Part shown: positions 11,428 to 21,334 of the stretch, piece after piece
Numbering within the stretch: the first letter of the stretch is position 1
Layout of the letters: each line of letters opens with the position of its first letter
DNA from: Ahrensia sp.
Lineage (GTDB): Bacteria > Pseudomonadota > Alphaproteobacteria > Rhizobiales > Rhizobiaceae
Direction of reading: 5' to 3'
DNA length: 64,000 nt
Assembly: GCA_028817895.1 (NCBI GenBank)
Contig: JAPPOQ010000005.1
Span: 98,652 to 162,651 of the forward strand
The notes under the pieces: model-generated
Databases searched by the model: none
What the model saw: the letters and a program-made list of their open reading frames with translations, nothing else
Told to the model about the DNA's origin: nothing
Program-made: the position numbers and the translations under genes

Positions 11428-11739
11428 GTGCCAGTGAGCCATTCACTATCGCTAGGGATGTCGGGCACATTAGCGTTCACCCTTGTTGGCGGGATGAACC
11501 TGTTCGCCGGCTACGCTTCGGCAGATCAGGAGTCACCAAGCATGGTGCAACTCGGCAAGCCCGCAGCTCAATTGCGCGTAATCGGCTCTGTGCCCGAGCG
11601 AGGCCCCGTGTCCCTGCAGCTTGGTGAATTGCGCACTGATGATGCTGCTCTGCCACCACGAGCAACCACGATCCACCATCGTATGAAAATGCGAGCAGCG
11701 AGGCGGTTGTCAGACGGAGCACCAAAGCGGAGCAGGTAG
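11428..11739 (+). CDS. hypothetical protein (weak call)
   Basis: GAGGAGG sits at 11422-11428 next to GTG codons at 11428 and 11434. The N-terminus is hydrophobic and no motif was recognised. This may be noncoding. Confidence 0.2.
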   Translation: MPVSHSLSLGMSGTLAFTLVGGMNLFAGYASADQESPSMVQLGKPAAQLRVIGSVPERGPVSLQLGELRTDDAALPPRATTIHHRMKMRAARRLSDGAPKRSR

Positions 11740-11745
11740 ACCTCT

Positions 11746-12159
11746 CTAAAGACTGTCGTCAAGCGCAACATCACGCGTTGCGGATCGGATGGACACGGAA
11801 AAACCTGCCATCACGTCTATCAGCACCATCAATGTGAGCAGGGCAAAGATCGTGGTCGATGCAGCCGGCACGAGCAGGAACTCGACGACAAAGACCAGCA
11901 AGACCAGAGTGGAGAATAGGTGATCGACGATCGAGGCGCTGCCGACACGCGTTGCCTTCAAGACCTCGAAAAACAGGATCACCAGCCCAAAGGCCAACAA
12001 CGCCTCGCCCAGACGAACCGGCAGGTCGACACCTGAGATCATCGACAAAGAAAACAACACGCTATCCCAGGATATGACCTCTCCGGCCAATCCAAACGCC
12101 AGGCCGTTATAGGCGATCAGAACCAGCAACATCAGCGGGAAACTTGTCAGGACTTTCAT
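11746..12159 (-). CDS. small integral membrane protein, unknown function
   Basis: 137 aa from MKVLTSFPLMLLVL, with four hydrophobic helices and coding-like composition. Confidence 0.6.
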   Translation of the reverse strand: MKVLTSFPLMLLVLIAYNGLAFGLAGEVISWDSVLFSLSMISGVDLPVRLGEALLAFGLVILFFEVLKATRVGSASIVDHLFSTLVLLVFVVEFLLVPAASTTIFALLTLMVLIDVMAGFSVSIRSATRDVALDDSL

Positions 12160-12259
12160 GGCCAGGCCTCTATGCGGGGACGTGCGGGTTGAGGGAGAAA
12201 AAGCAACAAAAAAGGCGGGTGTCGCCACCCGCCTCGATATATCAGCAATCGCGGTTCGC

Positions 12260-12445
12260 CTAGACAGCGTCTTTTGGTTCCAGAATCTGGCGGCCGCGAT
12301 ACATGCCGGTTTTCAGATCAATGTGATGAGGGCGACGCAGTTCACCCGAATTTTTGTCTTCCACATAGTTCGGGTTTTTCAGCGCATCTGTTGAACGGCG
12401 ATGGCCGCGCTTCATGCGTGTAATCTTACTCTTTGGGACAGCCAT
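12260..12445 (-). CDS. rpmF: 50S ribosomal protein L32
   Basis: [18 protein letters not shown]... is a typical L32 N-terminus; 61 aa. It has no Cys, so it is the non-zinc form. Confidence 0.9.
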   Translation of the reverse strand: MAVPKSKITRMKRGHRRSTDALKNPNYVEDKNSGELRRPHHIDLKTGMYRGRQILEPKDAV

Positions 12446-12564
12446 TGTCGTGCTCCGTCTTGTCCTGTCAGCGCTAACGGCCACATCCGCTGCGGCGAAG
12501 GCGTGTCCGTTCTCGGTCATGCGTGTGAATTGAGCGGTGATATACATCAATTCGACCTCAGCGC

Positions 12565-12602
12565 AAGAGCAACGCTGTTTTGCAGCGCAGCTCTTCGTTT
12601 TT
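12565..12602. terminator. strong hairpin directly downstream of xylB; the U-tract is on the plus-strand side
   Basis: AAGAGCAACGCTG-TTTTG-CAGCGCAGCTCTT is followed by CGTTTTT. It lies 6 nt beyond the xylB stop. Confidence 0.5.
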
Positions 12603-12608
12603 GAACGA

Positions 12609-14066
12609 TCAGCCGGTCAAAGGCTTCAGGGCAGTGTAGATCTCCCGATATCGTGCCAGCCGTTCTGCATGACGACCAAACTGTTCATCATTGGGTTCAA
12701 ATACGACATCCGTCTTTGGTTTTTTCGCAACCGCGGCGACACTGGCATCACCGGTTGCCAACACGGCCAGCCTTGCCGCGCCCAGGGCCGGACCGGTCTC
12801 TGCATCGGCATAACGGGTGATGGCCATGGCCAGCGCATCGGCCATGTTTTGCAGGACAAAGTCGCTTCGTGCCCCTCCACCAATTGCCGCCGGTGCGGTG
12901 ATTTCGGTCCCGGCCTGAGCCAGCGCATCACGCGCATCGCAGAAGGAGTAAGCGATAGCGTCCACCACCGAACACATCATCTGGCCACGGTCCGTCGATG
13001 GTTCCAGCCCATGGAAGCTGGCACGTATCTTGGCATCATTGTGGGGAGTGCGCTCACCCGTCAGATAGGGCAAAAACAGCGGCGTTCGATCTGTGTCGGC
13101 CCTTTGTGCATCCGTCAGCAAAGCGCCGATTTCGCCATTTGAGACGCTGGCAAACCAACTCATCGGGCTCGCACCATTGAGCATGGCGGCCATCTGAAAC
13201 CAGCGATCCGGGACGCAATGCGCATAGGCGTGAATTGCGCTTTCCGGGTTTGGTCGGTAGCTGTCATTGGCGATGAAAAACTGACCCGATGTGCCAAGGG
13301 AGATGAATGCGTCACCGTGATTGACGGCACCGATGCCCATGGCGCCCGCGGCCGCATCGCCACCCCCGGCAGCAACCAGTACGGACTGGCTCAAGCCAAG
13401 CTGCTGCGCGGCATCAGCGGTGAGCGAGCCCGAGACCTGCGTTCCTTCCAGCAAACCGGGCAACCAGGAGGGTTCGGTGGCCGAAGCGCCGCAGATCTCC
13501 TGTGACCAGGTGCGGTTTTTTTGATCCAGCCACATCGTCCCGGCAGCATCGGCCATGTCTGTGGCCAGTTCGCCTGTCATTTTCAGTCGCACATAGTCTT
13601 TCGGCAGCAGGATGTGAGCAATGCGTCGGTGAGTCTGTGGCTCATGGCGAGCAATCCAAAGCAGCTTTGGCGCGGTGAAGCCCGGCATCGGCGGAACTCC
13701 GGCGATTTGCCCGATCTGCGGCAATGCCTCTGCCATCTTGACGCATTCAGCGTCACTGCGACCGTCGTTCCAAAGAATTGCAGCTCGCAAGGGCACTTTT
13801 TTGCGGCCAAGCAACACCGCACCATGCATCTGCCCGGACAGGCCAATTGCCCTGATCGCGGACCAGGCCTGAGAATTTTCGGCCCGAAGATTAGCGGCGC
13901 AATCCAATGTTGCCTTCCACCAGATATCAGGATGCTGTTCACTCCATCCGGCATGAGGGCTGCTCGACTGCAGGGGAGAGGATGCCGTCTCGACGACGTT
14001 GCCGTTCTCATCCATGATGAGGGACTTCACGGCAGAGGTCCCGATATCGATACCCAGATACATCAA
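12609..14066 (-). CDS. xylB: xylulokinase (FGGY carbohydrate kinase)
   Basis: N-terminal [21 protein letters not shown] and [11 protein letters not shown] motifs; 485 aa. Confidence 0.85.
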   Translation of the reverse strand: MMYLGIDIGTSAVKSLIMDENGNVVETASSPLQSSSPHAGWSEQHPDIWWKATLDCAANLRAENSQAWSAIRAIGLSGQMHGAVLLGRKKVPLRAAILWNDGRSDAECVKMAEALPQIGQIAGVPPMPGFTAPKLLWIARHEPQTHRRIAHILLPKDYVRLKMTGELATDMADAAGTMWLDQKNRTWSQEICGASATEPSWLPGLLEGTQVSGSLTADAAQQLGLSQSVLVAAGGGDAAAGAMGIGAVNHGDAFISLGTSGQFFIANDSYRPNPESAIHAYAHCVPDRWFQMAAMLNGASPMSWFASVSNGEIGALLTDAQRADTDRTPLFLPYLTGERTPHNDAKIRASFHGLEPSTDRGQMMCSVVDAIAYSFCDARDALAQAGTEITAPAAIGGGARSDFVLQNMADALAMAITRYADAETGPALGAARLAVLATGDASVAAVAKKPKTDVVFEPNDEQFGRHAERLARYREIYTALKPLTG

Positions 14067-14071
14067 AGCGC

Positions 14072-14674
14072 CTATTTGCCGGTTACTTCAGCGATACGCT
14101 GCTGAAGCTCTTCAAACTTCTGCGCAGTAATCGGACCGACAATCTTATGTCGCACAATTCCTTGTGCATCCACGAGCAGAGTTTCTGGGATGCCGTAGAA
14201 ACCCCAGTCTATCGCGGCGCGCCCGCGCTCATCGGTCCCCACATTGGAATAGGGGTTTCCAAGAGAGCCGAGGAAGCGCAGCGCGTTTTCCGTGTTGTCC
14301 TTGTAGTTGATGCCCATCACTTTGATGTCGTCACGTTGCGCCAGGGCCATCAAAACCGGATGTTCGGCCCGGCAGGGCGCACACCAGGACGCAAAGATAT
14401 TCACCAGCGTCACGTCGCCCTTCAGATCATCGGTTGAAAGCGCAGGAACCGGTTGCCCCGCGTCGTCCCGCAATCCAGCCAAGGGCGGAAGTTCGAATGT
14501 CGGTGCGGGTTTGCCAATCAGTGCGGAAGGCAATTCCGAGACGTCCCGACCAGAGAGCAACTGCATCGCAAACACAATAGCGAGCGCACCGAAGACCAGG
14601 ACCGGCGCCATGAGCCAGAGGCTACGGCGTCGCGCAGGCGGTGGAGTCGCTTCGGTCTTGTCACCTTCAACCAT
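14072..14674 (-). CDS. ccmG: cytochrome c biogenesis thiol:disulfide oxidoreductase CcmG/DsbE
   Basis: Membrane anchor plus thioredoxin motif WCAPC. Follows ccmD. Confidence 0.92.
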   Translation of the reverse strand: MVEGDKTEATPPPARRRSLWLMAPVLVFGALAIVFAMQLLSGRDVSELPSALIGKPAPTFELPPLAGLRDDAGQPVPALSTDDLKGDVTLVNIFASWCAPCRAEHPVLMALAQRDDIKVMGINYKDNTENALRFLGSLGNPYSNVGTDERGRAAIDWGFYGIPETLLVDAQGIVRHKIVGPITAQKFEELQQRIAEVTGK

Positions 14675-14849
14675 GCGGTCTTTTCCGGCGAAGACCGGCC
14701 TCTTCCATCCTTGCCAGTTTGTCGCGTCTTTGGCGTTGAACGACCAGAACCCAGACGATCATGGACATCAGAACGACAAAGGTGACGCCATAGGCACTTG
14801 CGATGAACCCAAAATACTGGGTGCCGAAGAGCGAATCGAGAAGGTTCAT
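14667..14849 (-). CDS. ccmD: heme exporter protein CcmD
   Basis: 60 aa with a single TM helix. Overlaps ccmC and ccmG in the ccm order. Confidence 0.8.
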   Translation of the reverse strand: MNLLDSLFGTQYFGFIASAYGVTFVVLMSMIVWVLVVQRQRRDKLARMEEAGLRRKRPHG

Positions 14850-15613
14850 GATGCCGCCCTCGATGGGTGAGCCAGCTTGCGCTGCGCGGTTCTGATCTGG
14901 CGTCGCCAGACCTCGTTACGCATGGCCATCAGATGAAGCGTTAGGAACAGCAACAGGAATGCCAGGCCCATGGTGAGAAGCGGGTACAGAAATTCCGGCG
15001 CCAGTCGCGGTCCCCCCGCACGCAGGACGCTGGCTGGCTGGTGCAATGTGGTGAACCAATCGACGGAAAACTTGATGATGGGAATGTTGATCGCACCGAT
15101 GAGCACGGTGATCGCCGCCATGCGTGCTGCCCGTGCCGGATCCTCGATCGAGCGCCACAGAGCGATCAACCCCAGATAGATGATAAAGAGCACCAGGAAG
15201 GATGTGAGACGGGCGTCCCAAACCCACCAGGTACCCCACATGGGGCGACCCCAGATCGAGCCTGTTGCGAGACCAAGGAAAGTGAAGGCTGCGCCCAGCG
15301 GCGCTGCGGTTCGAGCGGCGACATCGGCCAATGGATGGCGCCAGACGAGCACCCCAAGCGCTCCCGACACCATGACCATATAGGTGCCCATCGCCATCCA
15401 GACGGAGGGAACATGCACGAACATGATGCGGACCGTGCGCCCCTGCTGATAGTCGTCGGGCACCGTGAAACTCATCCACAGACCTATTGCAAAGGTGACT
15501 GCGGTAAGGGCGGCAAGAAAGGGTAGGACAACGCGCACGAGACCCAGGAATTTTGTCGGGTTTGCAAGATCGGAGAGCGATCGAATGCGTGGCGATGCTT
15601 CAACAATCGACAT
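14846..15613 (-). CDS. ccmC: heme exporter protein CcmC
   Basis: Trp-rich heme-handling motif WGTWWVWDARLTS; polytopic membrane protein. Confidence 0.93.
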   Translation of the reverse strand: MSIVEASPRIRSLSDLANPTKFLGLVRVVLPFLAALTAVTFAIGLWMSFTVPDDYQQGRTVRIMFVHVPSVWMAMGTYMVMVSGALGVLVWRHPLADVAARTAAPLGAAFTFLGLATGSIWGRPMWGTWWVWDARLTSFLVLFIIYLGLIALWRSIEDPARAARMAAITVLIGAINIPIIKFSVDWFTTLHQPASVLRAGGPRLAPEFLYPLLTMGLAFLLLFLTLHLMAMRNEVWRRQIRTAQRKLAHPSRAAS

Positions 15614-15685
15614 GAGACCGCCTTATCTTGTCATGACGAATTGAGGGCATCAGAAACCCATATGGGATAGCATTTACCAAACTGC

Positions 15686-16345
15686 CTACACGCGACCCTG
15701 TTTCAACGCAAAGGCGGCGCCAATAGGGCCGATGACCGCAAAAAAAAGCGAGATGGCGGAAACGAGCAAGAAAGGCTGAAGAAACGGGGCGGCGTCCTGG
15801 GAGGCACCGCGCACCGCGCCGACGGCAAATATCACCACGGGTATGCATAAGGGCAAAACCAGAATGGAAAGCAGCACGCCGCCGCGCGCGAGAGAGACGG
15901 TGACCGCAGCACCAACGGCGCCGATGAAGGAAATGGCTGGCGTTCCGACAGCCAGGGTCGCAACGGTGGCGACGATAGCGGTTTCATCAAGGCTCAAAAA
16001 GATGCCGAAGAGAGGTGCGACCAAAGTCAACGGCAGACCCGTTGTCAGCCAATGCGCCAGCGATTTGACGAACACCAAAGCGGGCAGGGGATGGTTCGAC
16101 AACATCATCTGATCAAGCGATCCATCCTCCGCATCCGCCTGAAACAGACGGTCCAGACCCAGCAAACCGGCAAGCAAGGCTCCGGTCCACAGCGTCGCGG
16201 CGCCCACGGCGGAGAGCAGCTGATTGTCCGGCCCAATCGCAAAGGGCATGGCGACCACAACTGCAAGATAGAACAGCAAGGCCGTTGCCGCGCCGCCGCC
16301 GGAGCGAAGCGCCAGAGCCAACTCCCGCTTGAGCAGAACGATCAC
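15686..16345 (-). CDS. ccmB: heme exporter permease CcmB
   Basis: 219-aa polytopic membrane protein between ccmA and ccmC. 4-nt overlap with ccmA. Confidence 0.88.
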   Translation of the reverse strand: MIVLLKRELALALRSGGGAATALLFYLAVVVAMPFAIGPDNQLLSAVGAATLWTGALLAGLLGLDRLFQADAEDGSLDQMMLSNHPLPALVFVKSLAHWLTTGLPLTLVAPLFGIFLSLDETAIVATVATLAVGTPAISFIGAVGAAVTVSLARGGVLLSILVLPLCIPVVIFAVGAVRGASQDAAPFLQPFLLVSAISLFFAVIGPIGAAFALKQGRV

Positions 16346-16953
16346 CGCGTTGCCACCAGATCAAGGACATTGGCGCTGGCAACGTCTAGCGGAAGGTGTG
16401 TGGCGGCGATGATGATGCCGTCGTCTTCCAGATGCGCCTGCATCAAATCGACGAATTGCTGCGCCGATTGTGCATCAAGACCGGACGTGGGTTCATCCAG
16501 CAGCCAGACCGGTCGCCAACTCACCAAAAGCCGTGCGATGGAGGCCCGTCTTCGTTGCCCGGTGGAAAGATGCGCAAAGGGCACAAAATCAAGTCCGGTC
16601 AGCCCAACCATATCCAGCGCTTCGTCAATGTCGAGATGCGGTTGGCCTGCAAAATCCTGCCAGAAGGAGAGATTTTCACCAACGCTCATCGCAGGCTTCA
16701 TCGCGTTTTCATGACCCAGATAGTGGCAAAGCTGCGGCAGTTCGGTTTCTCCAAACTCCTCATTGCTCGACAGGAAAATCGTGCCGGCGTCGAGCGGCAG
16801 AAGACCGGCCAGTGCGCGCAGTAATGTCGATTTGCCGCTGCCATTCTCACCGCGTATCAACAGTGCCTCGCCGGTTTGCGCTTCAAAGGATAGATCGCGG
16901 ATCACGACATCCTCTCCGCGCGATATCAGCAAAGAGGTCGCCGTGATCTTCAT
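16342..16953 (-). CDS. ccmA: heme exporter ATP-binding protein CcmA
   Basis: Walker A GENGSGKST and an LSTGQRRR signature; 203 aa. Confidence 0.9.
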   Translation of the reverse strand: MKITATSLLISRGEDVVIRDLSFEAQTGEALLIRGENGSGKSTLLRALAGLLPLDAGTIFLSSNEEFGETELPQLCHYLGHENAMKPAMSVGENLSFWQDFAGQPHLDIDEALDMVGLTGLDFVPFAHLSTGQRRRASIARLLVSWRPVWLLDEPTSGLDAQSAQQFVDLMQAHLEDDGIIIAATHLPLDVASANVLDLVATR

Positions 16954-16962
16954 CGCATCAAA

Positions 16963-18450
16963 TCAGACCAGACCGGCGATGGAGCGGGCAAAATCGCGGG
17001 CTTCAAATGGCTCCAGATCGTCCGCCTGCTCGCCAACCCCGATAAAGAAGATCGGCAATTTATGCTTGGCCGAGATGGCAACGAGGATGCCGCCGCGCGC
17101 CGTTCCATCGAGCTTGGTCATCACAAGGCCGTTGACGCCTGCAACATCCTTGAAGATCTCGACCTGATTGAGTGCGTTCTGGCCCGTGGTTGCGTCGAGT
17201 GTCAGAAGCACTGTGTGCGGGGCGTCGGGATCCTGCTTTTTGAGAACGCGAACGATCTTCGCCAATTCGTCCATCAGTTCCGTTCGGTTCTGCAAGCGTC
17301 CGGCCGTATCCATCAGCATCACGTCATGGCCACCTTGCCTGGCTTCTTCATAGGCATCGAAGGCCAGACCAGCAGCATCAGCACCGAGCGCGCGCGACAC
17401 GATCGGTGAGCCCGTTCGATCGCCCCAGATCTTCAACTGTTCAATGGCAGCGGCGCGGAACGTGTCTCCGGCAACCAGCAGAGTTGAAAATCCGCCATCG
17501 TTCAATTTCTGCGACAGTTTGCCGATGGTGGTTGTTTTGCCCGAACCGTTGACGCCGACAACCAGAATGACATGCGGCCGATGGTCCAGGTCGAGTTCCA
17601 GTTCAGCCGCGACGGGATCGAGCACCTTCTCGATTTCCTGCGCCATCACATCGCGAACCTCTTCGCTGGTGATGTCCTTACCCATACGTTGCGATGCCAA
17701 TGTGTCGGTGATCGCCATCGCCGTGTCGACGCCCAAATCGGCGCGGATCAGCACATCTTCGAGATCTTGCAGCGTGTCTTCATCGAGCTTGCGCTTGGTG
17801 AAGACGCCGGTGATCGATTCCGTCAGCTGGTTTGAAGATCGCGCAAGCCCACCCTTGAGCCGTGAAAACCAGCTCTTCTTCTGTTCAGGCCCTTCCGCCT
17901 GCACAGGTGTTCGAGCCGGGTCAGATGGAACCACGATAGGATCAGGCTCAGGCTGTGGTTCCGGTTCTGGCTCGGCTGGCGGAGCTGTGGCTGCTTCTTT
18001 CTCAACCGGTTCCAAAGCGGCTTCGCTGGCCACTGACTCAATTGGCGGTTCGGGTGTCGGCGATATCGGAATCTCAGGCGCAACATCCGCAACCTGCGTG
18101 GTTTCCCGAGGTGGCTGCAATCCTTCATCTGCGGTTGCGTCTCCTTGGGCCTCTTCTGCAGCCAGTGCTTCCAGACGCTCTTGCCCTTCTTGCCGTGCCT
18201 TTTCCTGTTCGACACGCTCGCGCTCAACTGCTTCAGCCTGTCTGTTTTGCTCTTCAATACGCCGTTGTTCTGCGCGCTCTGCCTCCTCTCTTTGTCGCTG
18301 AAGTTCTTCCTGTTCCGCCTTCTCTGTTTCGGCTTGGGACTGTGCCTCCTGTTGTGCCAGTTGCTCGGCGCTGGGCTCTTCCGGCTCCGGCTCGGACTTC
18401 TTGCCAAACTTGAACAGCCGCTTGAAGAAACCAGGCTTCTTTTCGGTCAT
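16963..18450 (-). CDS. ftsY: signal recognition particle receptor FtsY
   Basis: NG domain motifs GVNGSGKTTTIGK and DTAGRLQN. The N-terminal A domain is long and rich in E, Q and P. Confidence 0.95.
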   Translation of the reverse strand: MTEKKPGFFKRLFKFGKKSEPEPEEPSAEQLAQQEAQSQAETEKAEQEELQRQREEAERAEQRRIEEQNRQAEAVERERVEQEKARQEGQERLEALAAEEAQGDATADEGLQPPRETTQVADVAPEIPISPTPEPPIESVASEAALEPVEKEAATAPPAEPEPEPQPEPDPIVVPSDPARTPVQAEGPEQKKSWFSRLKGGLARSSNQLTESITGVFTKRKLDEDTLQDLEDVLIRADLGVDTAMAITDTLASQRMGKDITSEEVRDVMAQEIEKVLDPVAAELELDLDHRPHVILVVGVNGSGKTTTIGKLSQKLNDGGFSTLLVAGDTFRAAAIEQLKIWGDRTGSPIVSRALGADAAGLAFDAYEEARQGGHDVMLMDTAGRLQNRTELMDELAKIVRVLKKQDPDAPHTVLLTLDATTGQNALNQVEIFKDVAGVNGLVMTKLDGTARGGILVAISAKHKLPIFFIGVGEQADDLEPFEARDFARSIAGLV

Positions 18451-19751
18451 GGCTGAAAAGCCGAAGAGGAGTGTTCAGCGGCGAGCGTTTGGCCAATCAG
18501 TCTTTTGCCGTCATCGCCGGTGATGCGCATGTCGACAAGGCGTCCCTGATCAGCGCCCTCGGTGATGACAGGCGTGAACTGCCTTGTGCGGCCAATGCCA
18601 CCACTTTCCACCAGCACCTGCGCCACGCTGCCATGCTGGTTGGCAAGGTGTTGCTGCAAGGCTGCATCACCCTTCACGCGCAACCGCGAGGCGCGCTCTT
18701 TGACAAGCTGACGGTCAAGTTGCGGCATGCGGGCGGCGGGTGTTCCATTGCGCGGGCTGAAAGGAAAGACGTGCAGATGCGTTAGCCCGGCCTCCTTCAC
18801 AATATCGAGCGAGCGCTGAAACATCGCCTCAGTCTCGGTTGGAAATCCGGCGATGATATCGGCGCCAAACACAATTTCGGGACGCGCAGCACGCGCATTC
18901 TCACAAAATCGGATCGTATCGTCGCGCGAATGGCGTCGTTTCATGCGCTTCAGGATCATGTCGTCGCCGGATTGCAAAGAAAGATGCAGATGCGGCATCA
19001 GCCGTTCATCGCCGCCGATTGCCTCTAACAAAGCATCATCCACTTCAATCGAATCGATGGAAGAAAGCCGAAGCCGCAGCAGACCATTCACCTTTGTGAG
19101 AATGGCCTGAACGAGACGACCCAGTGAGGGTTTGCCCGGCAAGTCAGCGCCCCATGATGTGAGATCGACCCCCGTCAAAACGATCTCGCGATAGCCATTG
19201 CCGACCAATGTACGAATTTGCTCGACAACTTCTCCGGCGGGCACGGAGCGAGAATTGCCGCGACCATAGGGAATGATGCAGAATGTGCAGCGGTGGTCGC
19301 ATCCATTCTGCACCTGCACGAATGCACGGGTGCGCCCTTCGATCGCTTCCACCATGTGAGATGCCGTTTCGCGCACATCCATGATGTCGGCGACGCGCAC
19401 TTTCTCGAACTGGTTGACGCCAAAGTCCGGCAGCTTGCGATAATTGGTTGTGGAGAGCTTCTCCTCATTGCCCAGAACGAGATCGACCTCTGGCATTTCA
19501 GCAAAGGTTTCTGGCTCCGTCTGCGCGGCGCACCCAGACACGATGATGCGTGCATCTGGTCGTTCACGTCGCGCTCGACGGATGGCTGCTCGCGCATCCG
19601 CAACGGCGCTTGCAGTCACGGCGCAGCTGTTTATGAGCACAGCACCATCTTCAAGACCGTCAAGACCGGCAGCCTGGGCCTCACGGCGCATGACCTGCGA
19701 TTCATAGGCGTTGAGGCGGCAGCCAAATGTGATGACATCAAGCTTGCTCAT
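18447..19751 (-). CDS. mtaB: radical-SAM methylthiotransferase, MtaB-like (MiaB family)
   Basis: Radical SAM cluster [11 protein letters not shown] and N-terminal UPF0004 cysteines (FGCRLN, NSCAV). Start placed at [11 protein letters not shown]. Confidence 0.82.
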   Translation of the reverse strand: MSKLDVITFGCRLNAYESQVMRREAQAAGLDGLEDGAVLINSCAVTASAVADARAAIRRARRERPDARIIVSGCAAQTEPETFAEMPEVDLVLGNEEKLSTTNYRKLPDFGVNQFEKVRVADIMDVRETASHMVEAIEGRTRAFVQVQNGCDHRCTFCIIPYGRGNSRSVPAGEVVEQIRTLVGNGYREIVLTGVDLTSWGADLPGKPSLGRLVQAILTKVNGLLRLRLSSIDSIEVDDALLEAIGGDERLMPHLHLSLQSGDDMILKRMKRRHSRDDTIRFCENARAARPEIVFGADIIAGFPTETEAMFQRSLDIVKEAGLTHLHVFPFSPRNGTPAARMPQLDRQLVKERASRLRVKGDAALQQHLANQHGSVAQVLVESGGIGRTRQFTPVITEGADQGRLVDMRITGDDGKRLIGQTLAAEHSSSAFQP

Positions 19752-20608
19752 GCCGCCCGCTCCCACGCACCGGTTGCGGGATCGAAAAACCCATCAAACT
19801 CGTGCTCGGTCGGACCGGTCATCAGGATGAAATTATCTTCGCGCCACTCAATATGGAGCATGCCGCCGGGAAGCGAAACATCGACCTTCCGCCCGGTTTT
19901 TTTGAGCCGATATGCGCAGACTGCTGCGGCACATGCGGCGGAACCGCAAGCCAGTGTGAGTCCGGCTCCGCGCTCCCAGGTTCTCAAGTCCAGACTGCCG
20001 TTTCCGGCGACTCGAGCGATGGAAATATTGGCACGTTCGGGAAACAGCATGTGATGCTCAAGCATCGGCCCGAATTTGTCGAGCGCATAATTGTTCACGT
20101 CATCTTCAACCCAGAAGACTGCGTGCGGATTGCCGACATTGACGACCGATGGCGTGTGCAGAACCGGATTGTCGATGGGACCGACCTGAAGCTGAATGCC
20201 GGTGGTGTCAGCAAACTCTTCTTCCAGGGGAATCTGATCCCACTCAAACCGGGGAACGCCCATATTGACGGTCACCATACCGTCTTCACCGCGGATAGCC
20301 TTGAGCGGATGACCGTCCACCTCAAAGGAAAAGAACTTTCCATTCACCGGCACGTCAAGTCGTGTCACCACACAGCGGGTTCCGTTACCACAGGCGCCGG
20401 CGCGCGATCCGTCCGAGTTGAAGATCTCGATCACAGCGTCCTTACCGATGGGACCAGGTGCATGAACCGCCATAAGCTGGTCGAAATGTGTTTCCTCATT
20501 CTGCGCCAGGGCGATAGCCGCCTGTGCCGTGACGTGATCACCGCGCGCGCGCATATCGGCCACGACAATCTTATTGCCGGCACCGTTCATCTTCGCAAAA
20601 GGAGCCAT
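19748..20608 (-). CDS. dapF: diaminopimelate epimerase
   Basis: The two catalytic Cys contexts (ACGNGTRC and LACGSAAC) and the N-terminus [16 protein letters not shown]. The start is uncertain; 20620 and 20665 are alternatives. Confidence 0.9.
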   Translation of the reverse strand: MAPFAKMNGAGNKIVVADMRARGDHVTAQAAIALAQNEETHFDQLMAVHAPGPIGKDAVIEIFNSDGSRAGACGNGTRCVVTRLDVPVNGKFFSFEVDGHPLKAIRGEDGMVTVNMGVPRFEWDQIPLEEEFADTTGIQLQVGPIDNPVLHTPSVVNVGNPHAVFWVEDDVNNYALDKFGPMLEHHMLFPERANISIARVAGNGSLDLRTWERGAGLTLACGSAACAAAVCAYRLKKTGRKVDVSLPGGMLHIEWREDNFILMTGPTEHEFDGFFDPATGAWERAA

Positions 20609-20689
20609 CGTCTCACTCATAATGCGGCCTATATGGCTGAGGCTTGCATCAAATGCCAGAGACACTCCGCGACGGAGCGAGACCTTCGA

Positions 20690-21328
20690 TCAATCGGACA
20701 GATCAGCGACGCAAAGAGGCACGTGTTTTCCTGCATCACGCGGAACCGTGCCGTCTGCGCGCGGATCGGGGTAGGTTTCATCTTCGCCTCCGACAATGCG
20801 AAAACCGCGAGCCTTGTAGTTCTCCAGTGCAATCGGATGGTCAAGCGTGCAGGTATCTAGCACAAGTGGTACGTTGCGCTTCCCGGCGTGGACAATGGCG
20901 CTGTCGAGAAGATAGCGGCCAAGTCCCCCGCCAAGGAAACCCGGCAGGAGCGCGAAGTAGCGAATTTCGGACTCGTCGTTGCTGATTGTGTCCAGTTCAT
21001 AAAATCCAGCCGGAACGCCGTCGCAATACATGACCATGATAAGGATATGGTCCGGTGAGATCAGCTGCATCAAGTCCTCATCGCTTCGCCGACGTCGATC
21101 ACCCCAAAGATAATCCTCACCTGCGGTGTGATAGAGAAAGCGATAGAAGGCGATCGTCGGTTTCTTCGCATGCGTGATTGTAATGCCGCTGCGCGGCGCC
21201 ACCGGTGGCGCCACGGAAGCCGGGTCGTCAAGTTGCAGATACCAGCGATAAACGGGAAGATGGCCGCGCGGAATGTCGGTGCGCGCCAACTGGCGCTGCC
21301 ATTCTCTTTCATAGTCTGTCATCGGCAT
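20690..21328 (-). CDS. GNAT-family N-acetyltransferase
   Basis: The acetyl-CoA pocket-like segment LLPGFLGGGLGRYLL is typical of the GNAT fold; 212 aa. Confidence 0.7.
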   Translation of the reverse strand: MPMTDYEREWQRQLARTDIPRGHLPVYRWYLQLDDPASVAPPVAPRSGITITHAKKPTIAFYRFLYHTAGEDYLWGDRRRRSDEDLMQLISPDHILIMVMYCDGVPAGFYELDTISNDESEIRYFALLPGFLGGGLGRYLLDSAIVHAGKRNVPLVLDTCTLDHPIALENYKARGFRIVGGEDETYPDPRADGTVPRDAGKHVPLCVADLSD

Positions 21329-21334
21329 GACCGG

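Noticed and set aside
17444-18301. 285-aa plus-strand ORF antisense to ftsY
   Set aside because: It lies entirely inside the well-supported ftsY gene. The product is a Ser/Ala/Arg-rich low-complexity string typical of antisense frames in high-GC DNA, and it has no motif.
19802-20860. 352-aa plus-strand ORF spanning the dapF and GNAT regions
   Set aside because: It crosses two independently supported minus-strand genes and their spacer. It is an artefact of stop-poor antisense frames.
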